NCBI GenBank assembly: GCA_965229675.1 | Contig: OZ245897.1 | Coordinates: 9,164-73,163, forward strand | Length of the DNA: 64,000 bases | Source of the DNA: Alphaproteobacteria bacterium | Lineage (GTDB): Bacteria; Pseudomonadota; Alphaproteobacteria; CBDDJK01 | Direction: 5' to 3' | In this document: positions 48,036-57,513 of the stretch, in pieces | How the letters are laid out: each line of letters opens with the position of its first letter | Numbering within the stretch: position 1 is the first letter of the stretch | Translations under genes and position numbers: made by a program | Notes under the pieces: model-generated | What the model was told of the DNA's origin: nothing | What the model saw: only the letters and a program-made list of their open reading frames with translations | The model's database searches: none

Positions 48036-50201
48036 TTAAACCAAAGACTTTAGATCAGCAATAATCTCATCATCACTTGCTAGTCTCATCGCTGGTGAAT
48101 TTGAAATGCAAATGCAGCGATCATATAGCTCTTGAGCGTTTGGAGTTGGAACCCCTCTCCCATCTGCTTGAATAAGCGGTTTATAATATTTTCCAAATTG
48201 AACATATTTAGTGTTAAATGGAGAGGAAATTTTATGCTTGAATAAATAAGGTGTAAAAGCGCGTATTGATCTGGGAGATGTTGTGAAAGGGAAAGAGGAT
48301 AACATCCCACCCATCTGTCTAGCGACTGCTAAAGTCCTTCTTGCTTGTCTTTCATATAAAAAATGATAGACCTGAAAACGTTCAAATCGATCAAGAACTG
48401 CCGCAGCCGCAATATCACTTAACTTAAAGTTAGAAGCATCGCTATTATATTCAATATCCAGTCCAACACCAAAATTAGCAAGAGCTCTTATTTGCTCTTC
48501 CTTAATTTTAGGAACAATCAAAAAGCCGCATTCTCCAACGCCCCAAGGCTTAGTATGATGTGCCGATATAATTTCTATACAACCATGTTCTGTAAAGCCA
48601 GATTGCGGGCGATCAAATAAACCTGTTGCATTATCAACCACAAGATGTTTACCATTTTGTTCACACCAAGTTTTAACATCATCCCAATCACTATATTGAC
48701 TAAACACATTCGTATAAATAACCCCATCAAAGCTATTTTGATCGAGTGTGCTTAATTGTTCCAAAGAAAACTTACCGTTTTTTGCACAATCAATAATTTG
48801 TGTATCAGCCAAACTCCCTGTATTTGCTGAATAAAACCCAAAGGCACTTGTAACCCATTTATTTTTTTTCAATTTACTATTGAAGCTTGAACAGGCTAAA
48901 TGTAGTGCGGCGGTTCCACTTGAAACAGCAATAACGCTTCGACTTTCAGGTAATCCAATCATTCTTTCAATCACAAGTTCAAGTAAACGGACAACGGGTC
49001 CTCCATTTGCATGATGATTTTTTTGAACGGAAAGAGATAATATTTCCTTAATGCGTTGATAGTCGTATATTTTATTTTCAATAAATGGGATTGGTTTAAT
49101 GGGTAAGGGACCTCTAGGATCCTCTGTTGATTTTGGTAATGGCACACCTTTTGAATGTAATAAGGATACAAGCTTCGGGTTTCTGATACCATATTCACCT
49201 TTATAACCTTTTGTAATACCAGGTACAATTTTCTCAAACGGTTGAATTGATTCTGCAATTTGTCGTTGATACATCTTTGTCCAATTTGCCTTTTTAGTTC
49301 CATTTGCATTTAAACCGACAGCTGCTACCCCAATATCGATAAAATGAAATTTCAAGTGATCCTGCCACAGTAATTTTGCTAGCCATACTCCCATTTGTCC
49401 CCCACCAGAGTAAATAATTAACGGAGGGAGTGCATCCTTAAAACCTTTCGATTTTAGAATTTCACGCAAATTTTCTAGATAAATATATCTATTGGCTCGT
49501 GCTTGATCATGAGAAATAATGACTGAAGTTAAGTTTTTGAACCCATAATTTTCAAAAAAACTAATAACTTGATTACTACAAACCATTATGATGTTACGAT
49601 TTTTTATCATTTCTAAAAATGTAATAAACTGGCCATTTGTAACCATATCTTTGAAAATTGATGCTGAAATTGCAAATTTCTTACTAAGCTGTTTAGTAAG
49701 TTGAACATGGCTTGGTGGCACTAAATAGTTAATCACTTGATTGCATTGCACAAACCCCTCAAGTGGTGTCCCTTCTATTTCTCTTGCTAAATAACATGGT
49801 GCCGTTTCACAAAGAAAATTGAACCCTTCTGTAGGCTCTGGTAATGTCTTAATTGCATCTAGGGTATCAGCCAGCATACCTGCGTCATTAGCAAAACATC
49901 TATGATCAATTTGATTCAAAAGTTTTTGATTAGCTTTAAAATCATGGAGAATATCTAAGCTAAGTCCCCTTTTTAAGATTTTTACCAAAGCTTCCCAACC
50001 CCCATGGTTAATTTTAGTAAAGACAAAATTATTAGTACTTTCAAGATGAGACTTAAAAAACTCAATACACCTTTCACGGTACGGAACTTCGGGAAAAATT
50101 GAAAAACTATCATTCTTTTGGGGTAGATTACTTACCATATCTTGAGAATAATTTTTATTATTCACGTTCTGTTGACTAGGATTTATAGCAATTATTTTCA
50201 T
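48036..50201 (-). CDS. Two-domain protein: an unrecognised N-terminal domain (about 1-400) fused to a C-terminal DegT/DnrJ/EryC1-type PLP-dependent aminotransferase/dehydratase domain. It is compositionally atypical (AT-rich).
   Basis: 721 aa. The C-terminal half carries DegT-family motifs SSGTAALHLA and SAHHTKPWGVGECGFLIV (PLP lysine). The N-terminal half has Rossmann-like stretches (IIYSGGGQMGVWLAKLL, FHFIDIGVA) but no family I can name. Codon usage is strongly A/T-biased compared with its neighbours. Confidence 0.8.
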   Translation of the reverse strand: MKIIAINPSQQNVNNKNYSQDMVSNLPQKNDSFSIFPEVPYRERCIEFFKSHLESTNNFVFTKINHGGWEALVKILKRGLSLDILHDFKANQKLLNQIDHRCFANDAGMLADTLDAIKTLPEPTEGFNFLCETAPCYLAREIEGTPLEGFVQCNQVINYLVPPSHVQLTKQLSKKFAISASIFKDMVTNGQFITFLEMIKNRNIIMVCSNQVISFFENYGFKNLTSVIISHDQARANRYIYLENLREILKSKGFKDALPPLIIYSGGGQMGVWLAKLLWQDHLKFHFIDIGVAAVGLNANGTKKANWTKMYQRQIAESIQPFEKIVPGITKGYKGEYGIRNPKLVSLLHSKGVPLPKSTEDPRGPLPIKPIPFIENKIYDYQRIKEILSLSVQKNHHANGGPVVRLLELVIERMIGLPESRSVIAVSSGTAALHLACSSFNSKLKKNKWVTSAFGFYSANTGSLADTQIIDCAKNGKFSLEQLSTLDQNSFDGVIYTNVFSQYSDWDDVKTWCEQNGKHLVVDNATGLFDRPQSGFTEHGCIEIISAHHTKPWGVGECGFLIVPKIKEEQIRALANFGVGLDIEYNSDASNFKLSDIAAAAVLDRFERFQVYHFLYERQARRTLAVARQMGGMLSSFPFTTSPRSIRAFTPYLFKHKISSPFNTKYVQFGKYYKPLIQADGRGVPTPNAQELYDRCICISNSPAMRLASDDEIIADLKSLV

Positions 50202-50297
50202 TTGAAAACCTTTAGTATAAAAAATATTTAAATGTAATTTAAGTTTATGTGATAATAGAATTTAGCATTTTTTTAATAAGTATCACTATTTTTATCT

Positions 50298-51659
50298 TTA
50301 ACCACTTGCCAAGGTCATGCCATCAATGCGGACGGAAGGTGCATTGATTGAGCCTTTATATTCCAAATCATCACCTGGGATTAGATTTAAAAACATGGAT
50401 TTTAGATTACCTGCAATCGTGGCTTCGTTTACAGGATAAGCAACTTCACCCTTTTCAACCCAAAAGCCACTTGCGCCTTGACTATAATCCCCTGTTACCA
50501 GATTTACTCCCATTCCCATCAGATGGGTTACAATAAAACAGCCACCTTCATCTTTATAAAGCGATTCAGTCGATTGTTTACCACAATGTAAGGTGAGGTT
50601 ACTCATCCCCGGATGAGGGAGAGAGGCAATGCCACGCACCGCATTTCCAGTAGATTTTAGCCCAAGTTGACGTGCGCTTACAATATCCAATGCCCAGCTT
50701 GATAAAATGCCTTTTTCGATAAATGCACGCGGTACGCAAGGTAGCCCATCGCCATCAAATTTACGGGAGGCAAGGCCGCGTTTGCGAAGTGGATCATCAA
50801 AAATTGTGATTTCAGGTGAAAAAAGAGCTTCCCCCATTGCATCTTGTAGAAAACTGGTTTTACGCGCTATGGCTTGTCCATTGATCGCAGAAGCGAAGCT
50901 AGAGATTAAAGAAGAAGACACACGCCGATCAAATATAATTGGCACAGAACCAGTTGGCGGGCGTTTGGGGTTTAGCCTTTCAAGCGCACGGATAGCCGCT
51001 TTATCACCAATTTCTGTGCAAGGGGGTAAATCCGATCCATAAACCGTGGTTGCAAAATCATAATCCCCTTCCATTTCAAGCCCCGTTCCAGCAATCACAT
51101 GAACGCCAACTGAATGACGGGTAGAAGAACGCGCCCCCCTAAATCCGTTGGAAGCATAAATTGCGACCCTGCTATGTGACCAGCCTGCTTCCGACCCGCT
51201 TGAATTGGTGATGCCTTCATGGGCAAGTGCAGCATTTTCAGCCATAGAGGCGCGTTCTGCTAAAATTTGGGTTGTTGGCTCAATCTCATCTTCAGTTTCA
51301 GAATTTGCATCAATGCAGTTTGTTACAATTTCGTCCGCACTTGCTAAGCCGCACCATTGATTTTCAGGAACTTGTCCTGCCATGGCAACCGCACGTTCAA
51401 TTAATGCGCGTTCAGTTTCTTTTGTGAAGACATTGGAACTTACAATTGCTTGACGTTTACCGATAATAACACGTAAGCCAAGCTGTTGACTTTCAGCGCG
51501 TTCAACCGCCTCAAAGTCACCCATGCGGCAACTTTGCGATAAGGATATTCCTGTTCCTATCACGGCATCAGCTTCATCTGCGCCTGCTTTTAATGCCTTC
51601 GAAACAATTGATTCTAATTGATCAAGTGCCTGATTAGAAAATTCCTTATGTGTTTGCAT
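50298..51659 (-). CDS. pmbA: TldD/PmbA family metalloprotease (PmbA/TldE-like)
   Basis: 453 aa that align in outline with E. coli PmbA. Confidence 0.8.
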   Translation of the reverse strand: MQTHKEFSNQALDQLESIVSKALKAGADEADAVIGTGISLSQSCRMGDFEAVERAESQQLGLRVIIGKRQAIVSSNVFTKETERALIERAVAMAGQVPENQWCGLASADEIVTNCIDANSETEDEIEPTTQILAERASMAENAALAHEGITNSSGSEAGWSHSRVAIYASNGFRGARSSTRHSVGVHVIAGTGLEMEGDYDFATTVYGSDLPPCTEIGDKAAIRALERLNPKRPPTGSVPIIFDRRVSSSLISSFASAINGQAIARKTSFLQDAMGEALFSPEITIFDDPLRKRGLASRKFDGDGLPCVPRAFIEKGILSSWALDIVSARQLGLKSTGNAVRGIASLPHPGMSNLTLHCGKQSTESLYKDEGGCFIVTHLMGMGVNLVTGDYSQGASGFWVEKGEVAYPVNEATIAGNLKSMFLNLIPGDDLEYKGSINAPSVRIDGMTLASG

Positions 51660-51698
51660 GCTAGCCTTCTTTTTTATTAAAAATGAATTTTTAATAGT

Positions 51699-52313
51699 TT
51701 AACCGAATGCAACCCAAACGCCAACCCCTGCCATCATTAAACCTGTTATGTAATTTAGCATACGCGCAAATTGTGGACGATCTAGCCATTTTGCAATTTG
51801 CACGGAGCCAAGAACAATGATTTGAACCGCAATAAATAGCGAGATCCACACAACACCAACTAATTGAATGCTGGTATTGGTATCCAAAGTTGTCAAATCG
51901 ACAAATAACGGCAAAAGAGATAAATAAAATACAATGACTTTAGGATTGGTACCAGAAATAATAAATCCAGAAAAAAGCGATTGAGCAATTGCTTTTCCTT
52001 CCAGCTTCATATTTGTTTCACGCTGCATAGGTGGCGCAAAAAACATCTTAATCCCCAAATAAGCCAAATAAAGCCCACCAAGAACACGAACATATCCCAT
52101 ATAAGGAAGAACAATATCTGCCAAAGCGCCAAGGGAGATCACAACCGCAAGCAAATAAAGCGTATCGCCCAGAATTTCACCAATACCAAGCCAAACCCCA
52201 GCAGTATAGCCTGAACTAACCGTACGCGCGATTAAGGCGACAACACCAGGCCCTGGCGATAACACAAATAGGATCACCACGCCGCCTAATGTAATAAAGT
52301 CTAAAAAAGACAT
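51699..52313 (-). CDS. LysE/RhtB family amino-acid exporter
   Basis: 204 aa with 6 transmembrane helices and the LysE-type N-terminus (VILFVLSPGPG). Confidence 0.8.
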   Translation of the reverse strand: MSFLDFITLGGVVILFVLSPGPGVVALIARTVSSGYTAGVWLGIGEILGDTLYLLAVVISLGALADIVLPYMGYVRVLGGLYLAYLGIKMFFAPPMQRETNMKLEGKAIAQSLFSGFIISGTNPKVIVFYLSLLPLFVDLTTLDTNTSIQLVGVVWISLFIAVQIIVLGSVQIAKWLDRPQFARMLNYITGLMMAGVGVWVAFG

Positions 52314-52324
52314 GAAGTTTAAAA

Positions 52325-52897
52325 TTATTTAATCAATGTATGCAAATTGGCTTGGATGGCACTATCCCTAAAAAAAGCCCCCGTATATTTGCGGGTTATA
52401 GTCTTAACCCCAGGGCGATGAATGCCGCGCATACTCATGCAATAATGTTCGGCTTCAATAATCACCGCAACTCCTTTTGGTTGCAAAGCCTGATCAATCG
52501 CATCGGCAATTTGCATGGTCATGATTTCTTGTGATTGCAAACGCCGTGCATAAATCTCTACAACCCTTGCAAGTTTAGAAATGCCAACAACGCGATTATT
52601 CGGCAAATAAGCCACATGGGCTATTCCTACAAAGGGCATGATATGATGTTCGCAATGGGATTCAAAGCGAATATCTTTCAATAAGACAATATCATTATAG
52701 CCTTCAATCTCTTCAAAAGTGCGCTCAAGCTCGCCATGAGGATCAGCCGCATAGCCATTAAATAATTCTTTCCAAGCCCGTGCCACCCGATCTGGTGTGC
52801 CAAGCACCCCTTCACGATCAGGATCATCCCCTGCATAACTAATAAGGGTGCGTACTGCGGCCTCGGCCTGTGCTTTGTCTGGTTTTGTTGAACTCAT
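52325..52897 (-). CDS. folE: GTP cyclohydrolase I
   Basis: 190 aa with the [12 protein letters not shown] Zn/active-site motif. Confidence 0.92.
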   Translation of the reverse strand: MSSTKPDKAQAEAAVRTLISYAGDDPDREGVLGTPDRVARAWKELFNGYAADPHGELERTFEEIEGYNDIVLLKDIRFESHCEHHIMPFVGIAHVAYLPNNRVVGISKLARVVEIYARRLQSQEIMTMQIADAIDQALQPKGVAVIIEAEHYCMSMRGIHRPGVKTITRKYTGAFFRDSAIQANLHTLIK

Positions 52898-53002
52898 AAA
52901 TACCCCATAAAAAATATTTTTTTGCGTGAACCTATATCTAGTTAAAACTTCGTTAAGTCAAGTCTTATAGATGTAGAAAGCCGTTAATCATGCTAAGAAA
53001 TT

Positions 53003-53689
53003 TTAAGAATACCCATTGATTTCTTGCATGATCTGTTCATGGGCGTTTAATTCTTCTTTACTAGCGGCTAAGGCTTTTGGTGGTTGTCTTGTTTTAAGAT
53101 AATCTGTACCAGTTGCTGTAGTTTGCGATCCATTGGATTGCTGGTGATTATCAAGGGATAGATTGCGCTGGCGTCCCCCAATCAGCTCCAAATAAACTTC
53201 CGCTAATAATTTACAATCAATCACTGCGCCATGGGCATCTGCACGCTTTGTTCGATCAATCGAAAAACGATCACAAAGCGCATCCAAATTATTTTTTGCA
53301 CCCGGGAATCGCCGTCTTGCCATATGGAGCGTATCGGTAGCCCGTTCCATTGGAAGGGCTGGTTTATTCGCCCGCATTAATTCCATATTAATGAAGCCCA
53401 TATCAAAGCTTGCATTATGAATAATCAACGGCGAATCCCCAATAAATTCAAGAAATGAATCAACAATGGATGCAAATAATAGCTTATCTTGTAAAAATTC
53501 CGTTGATAATTTATGGACTTGGTAAGCCCCATCAGGAACATCGCGTTCAGGATTAAGATAGCAATGGAAATAATCACGATCTGATGGAATATGATTGATT
53601 AGCTCAATGGCGGCAATTTCAACCAAGCGATCCCCTTGTTCTGGACTAAGGCCTGTTGTTTCAGTATCAAGTACGATATGGCGTTCCAT
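53003..53689 (-). CDS. dnaQ: DNA polymerase III subunit epsilon (3'-5' proofreading exonuclease)
   Basis: It has Exo I (VLDTETTGL), Exo II (IIHNASFDMGF) and Exo III (HGAVIDCKLLAEVY) motifs. Confidence 0.9.
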   Translation of the reverse strand: MERHIVLDTETTGLSPEQGDRLVEIAAIELINHIPSDRDYFHCYLNPERDVPDGAYQVHKLSTEFLQDKLLFASIVDSFLEFIGDSPLIIHNASFDMGFINMELMRANKPALPMERATDTLHMARRRFPGAKNNLDALCDRFSIDRTKRADAHGAVIDCKLLAEVYLELIGGRQRNLSLDNHQQSNGSQTTATGTDYLKTRQPPKALAASKEELNAHEQIMQEINGYS

Positions 53690-54275
53690 TGCTTAACTCC
53701 TTCTTAATAATTTTCTTTAATTCCTGCGCAACAGGGTTTAATCCCAAACCACTATAAACACAATAGGTGGCTTGATTCTGTTTAAACGCAACGGATAATT
53801 GCTGCGATCTTATGGCGTTTAACTTGGCATGAGTCATCCCAAATCGCGGCAATACACGGCGTGTTTGTAAGTAAGGAGAGCAGCTCACCACAATTATCGC
53901 ATCGCAAATACGGCTTAAGCGTTTTTCAAAAAGTAGTGGAATATCCAAAATAACTAACTTACGCCCTTGACGACGCTGATATTTTATAAATTGTTTGCGC
54001 GCCTTATGAATTTCAGGATGCAATAACGCTTCAAGATGGGTTCTGGCTTTCGGGTCTGAAAAGACACGATTACCAAGGGCGGCACGGTCTAAAACACCAG
54101 CATTAACAACCCCTGGAAAGGCCGCTTCAATCTTGGTTAAGACAGGGCTATTAGGTTGGGTAAGCTCGTGCGCCTTACGATCTGCATCAAAGACTGGAAT
54201 ATTAAATTGACGGCATAGGCGCGCAGTTGTTGATTTACCCATACCGATTGATCCTGTAAGGCCAATGATTTTCAT
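53667..54275 (-). CDS. coaE: Dephospho-CoA kinase
   Basis: 202 aa with the P-loop GLTGSIGMGKST. Confidence 0.9.
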   Translation of the reverse strand: MKIIGLTGSIGMGKSTTARLCRQFNIPVFDADRKAHELTQPNSPVLTKIEAAFPGVVNAGVLDRAALGNRVFSDPKARTHLEALLHPEIHKARKQFIKYQRRQGRKLVILDIPLLFEKRLSRICDAIIVVSCSPYLQTRRVLPRFGMTHAKLNAIRSQQLSVAFKQNQATYCVYSGLGLNPVAQELKKIIKKELSNGTPYRT

Positions 54276-54276
54276 T

Positions 54277-55170
54277 TTATGATTGATTTTTAATGATATT
54301 TAATAAATGGTTACGCACCGCTTCATCAATCGGTGGCGTTTCATTCACGGGAGATAGCCAGCGGGCAAAGGCTGGTGCCGCCTGCCAAATTAACATACCC
54401 AGCCCATCAATGATGGTTAAGCCACACGCTTCTGCCTGTTGTAACAAGCCAGTCATAAGCGGGCGATAAACAATATCATACACCATTGCATGGCGTGGTA
54501 AGGTGTTGAGTTCAAGGGATAAAGACGGTTGCCCTTCCATCCCAAGGGAGGTTGTATTGACCAATAAATCAACATCTTGCAATCTATCTTTGTTAAATGG
54601 CCATTCGCAAGCAATAAGTTCTGTTTTGTTGCTATCAAGATGGTTTGCCATATGGGTTAAAAGCTGATCAAGACGGGTTGGATTGCGATTGCAGATCAGG
54701 ATGCGTGAAAATCCTAATTCATAAAGGCCTGTTACCACTGCATAAGCGGCTCCTCCTGCACCAATCACGCAAGCTGTCTTTAACGGAAGGTGATGAAGTG
54801 CCTGCGTTTGGCGTAAATTTTCACTAAATCCATAAACATCACTATTATCGCCGTGCAAACTACCATCTGCGTTTATTGTTACCATATTTACCGCCCCAAC
54901 TGCCGAGGCTTGCGTGCTTAAAACATCGCAAAACGGAATAATCGATTGCTTATGCGGAACGGTAACATTGAACCCACGATAATGATTACGGTCTAGGCTT
55001 TTAATAAAGGATTCAAGCTGTGTGTTAGGAACATGATGTGCAAGATAATCGCCTTTTAATTGCAAGCGGTTTAACCAATGGCGATGTAAAGCAGGGGAGA
55101 GGCTATGGGAAATCGGATCACCAATTACACCAGCCATAGGCGCACTCTTTATGGAAGGGGGAATTGCCAT
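54277..55170 (-). CDS. aroE: Shikimate dehydrogenase
   Basis: 297 aa. The N-terminal GDPISHSLSP and the central VIGAGGAAYAV Rossmann fold are diagnostic. Confidence 0.9.
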   Translation of the reverse strand: MAIPPSIKSAPMAGVIGDPISHSLSPALHRHWLNRLQLKGDYLAHHVPNTQLESFIKSLDRNHYRGFNVTVPHKQSIIPFCDVLSTQASAVGAVNMVTINADGSLHGDNSDVYGFSENLRQTQALHHLPLKTACVIGAGGAAYAVVTGLYELGFSRILICNRNPTRLDQLLTHMANHLDSNKTELIACEWPFNKDRLQDVDLLVNTTSLGMEGQPSLSLELNTLPRHAMVYDIVYRPLMTGLLQQAEACGLTIIDGLGMLIWQAAPAFARWLSPVNETPPIDEAVRNHLLNIIKNQS

Positions 55171-55182
55171 TATGCTGCCTAT

Positions 55183-55800
55183 TTAATTTTCTAACCATTG
55201 ACGATGGCGGAGTAAGGCCAGTAATTTTAATAATGGAAGTCCAAGAATCGTGAAATAATCGCCTTCAACATGGCTGAAAAGCTGAACCCCATATCCTTCC
55301 AGCTGATAACCACCAACCGAACGCATGGCAATTTCGCCATGCTGTTCAATATAATTATCAAGAAAGGCTTCAGAAAATTGTCGCATGGTTAAGCGTGCTT
55401 GGCTGCAACCACTGCCCATGATCATTCCATCTTGAACCAGCGTAAAGGCACTGATCAGACGGTGGGTGCGTCCTCGCAACAAAACTAGCTGATGGCGCAA
55501 CGCATCAAGATTGGGTGGTTTGTCAAAGGCTTTGCCGTCCAGTTCTAACATTTGATCTGCGCCAATAATCATTGCACCTTGATGACGGGGGCTGATCGCT
55601 TTTGCTTTTGCTTCGGCAAGCGCAAGGGCGATTTGTTCAATTGATGCTTTCGCCATGGATTGTTTCAAGGCGGCTTCATCGATATTGGCAGCATCCACGT
55701 CAAAGCTTAGCCCCGCATTGGTTAATAGCTGCGCACGGATTGTACTGGCAGAGGCAAGAACAATGCGCTTTCCTAAAAGATTATGGCTAAGAACAGTCAT
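55183..55800 (-). CDS. maf: Maf-like nucleoside-triphosphate pyrophosphatase
   Basis: 205 aa with N-terminal IVLASASTIR and the Maf fold. Confidence 0.85.
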   Translation of the reverse strand: MTVLSHNLLGKRIVLASASTIRAQLLTNAGLSFDVDAANIDEAALKQSMAKASIEQIALALAEAKAKAISPRHQGAMIIGADQMLELDGKAFDKPPNLDALRHQLVLLRGRTHRLISAFTLVQDGMIMGSGCSQARLTMRQFSEAFLDNYIEQHGEIAMRSVGGYQLEGYGVQLFSHVEGDYFTILGLPLLKLLALLRHRQWLEN

Positions 55801-55823
55801 AAAATAAGCCCTATCATTAATTT

Positions 55824-56729
55824 TTAAGAAAATTGTTCTTCATAAAGAGAGATAATAATCGCCGCCGCCTCTTCAATCGAACGGCGGGTAACATCAATTA
55901 ATTGCCATTGCTGTTGGGCGGCAAGCCTGCGGGACGCTGTTACCTCTTTTTTTACTTGATCAGGGTCAATATAATTTTGATTGCCCCCTAAAGCATTGGT
56001 GTTATTGGAACTAACAAAATCAGGATCAATCAGCTTCAACCTGCTTTTGCGAATCTCAACCAATGACACCGCATCGCGAACTAAACAGACGACCAATGGT
56101 TTTGCCTCTGGCTTTAAATCCATTACCCATTCTGGCAGGTTATTTCCAGGAACAATTGGAATATTTGCGGTTTTATAACCACGATTGGCAAGATAGATGG
56201 AAGTTGGTGTTTTTGAGGTTCTTGAAATCCCTAATAATAAAATATCTGCTTGGCGGATTCCTTCTTCCCCCAAGCCATCATCATGCATCAAGCTATATTG
56301 CATCGCATCAATACGATCAAAATAATCCGAGTCCAGCTGATGCTGCTTGCCAGGTTGCCACCGCCCTGGTTTACCAAGATATTGAGTAAATATATCCAAA
56401 CAATAATCCATAATCGAACAGGAAGGTAATCTTTGTTCATGGCAAAATTGTTGTAAGCGTTTACGAATATTGGGATCAACCAATGTATATAATATGATTC
56501 CTGGGTTTGCCTTAATCTCATCAATTGCATATTGCAATGAATCTTCATTACGAATCATCGTCCATACATGCTCTTGGTAGGCAATATGGTCAAACTGCGC
56601 AAGGCAAGCTTTGGCAAGGCTGGAGACTGTTTCTCCCGTTGAATCAGATAACATATGCACATGAATAAAAGCGCTTTGTGTGCCTTCATGGTCATTTTGT
56701 TCAGCTGGTAAATGAAGATGGGTTGGCAA
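55824..56729 (-). CDS. Pyruvate,phosphate dikinase / PEP synthetase regulatory protein (bifunctional kinase-pyrophosphorylase, DUF299)
   Basis: It has VHMLSDSTGET and a P-loop-like GISRTSKTPTS. The start is likely at 56654. Confidence 0.8.
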   Translation of the reverse strand: MPTHLHLPAEQNDHEGTQSAFIHVHMLSDSTGETVSSLAKACLAQFDHIAYQEHVWTMIRNEDSLQYAIDEIKANPGIILYTLVDPNIRKRLQQFCHEQRLPSCSIMDYCLDIFTQYLGKPGRWQPGKQHQLDSDYFDRIDAMQYSLMHDDGLGEEGIRQADILLLGISRTSKTPTSIYLANRGYKTANIPIVPGNNLPEWVMDLKPEAKPLVVCLVRDAVSLVEIRKSRLKLIDPDFVSSNNTNALGGNQNYIDPDQVKKEVTASRRLAAQQQWQLIDVTRRSIEEAAAIIISLYEEQFS

Positions 56730-56787
56730 TCAATGATCCTTTATTTTGATTTATAAACTTATCTGTAGGCTATTTTATTATATCGAT

Positions 56788-57474
56788 TCATAAAAGATGC
56801 GCAAGATAGGCTGAAAGATAGGTCTGATTGGTCTTTGCATCATCCTTTATATCAAGTTCCACATGGGTTGCCATCGCATTATCCAAAATTTTAAGATAAT
56901 CTGGACGGGAGAGATTAATCGCCCCAAGGCTTTGCAAATGTGACGTTAGAAATTGTGTATCAAGCAAGATAAATCCTTGCGTCCATAAGCGGCTTAACAA
57001 ATGGATAAGCGCAAATTTACTGGCATTATTGGTAAGGGAGACCATGCTTTCTCCAAAAAAAGCCCCATTTAATGCAATACCAAATAAGCCGCCAACCAAT
57101 TTTGTCCCATCCCAACATTCGAATGAATGGGCTTTCCCTTGAAGATGGAGGTTACGATAATGCGTTGTTAGCGTTGGATTAATCCAGCTATCTGCTTCTT
57201 GTTCTTGCGGTCTGATTGTACAATAATGCAATAATTGATCAAACGCATGATTGATGCGTAACCGATATGAAGTGCCACGTAACCAGCGCATAAAGCGTTT
57301 GTTAAAATATGGTGCATGAATTGGTAGGATGCCTCGCTCAAGCGGGCTAATCCACATTAAATCAGGTTCATCCTTGGATTCTGCCATTAAGAACACACCA
57401 TGGCGATAACCCGCTAACATTTCTTCAGGCGTTAGCCGTGTTACATCACATTCCGCATATTCGAATGGTTCCAC
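56788..57474 (-). CDS. aat: Leucyl/phenylalanyl-tRNA--protein transferase
   Basis: 228 aa with L/F-transferase motifs (GYRHGVFLMAE..., ECWDGTKLVGGLFG). Confidence 0.85.
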   Translation of the reverse strand: MEPFEYAECDVTRLTPEEMLAGYRHGVFLMAESKDEPDLMWISPLERGILPIHAPYFNKRFMRWLRGTSYRLRINHAFDQLLHYCTIRPQEQEADSWINPTLTTHYRNLHLQGKAHSFECWDGTKLVGGLFGIALNGAFFGESMVSLTNNASKFALIHLLSRLWTQGFILLDTQFLTSHLQSLGAINLSRPDYLKILDNAMATHVELDIKDDAKTNQTYLSAYLAHLL

Positions 57475-57513
57475 TTTATTTAAGAAATTTATTTGATCAA
57501 TATCGTTGATAAA

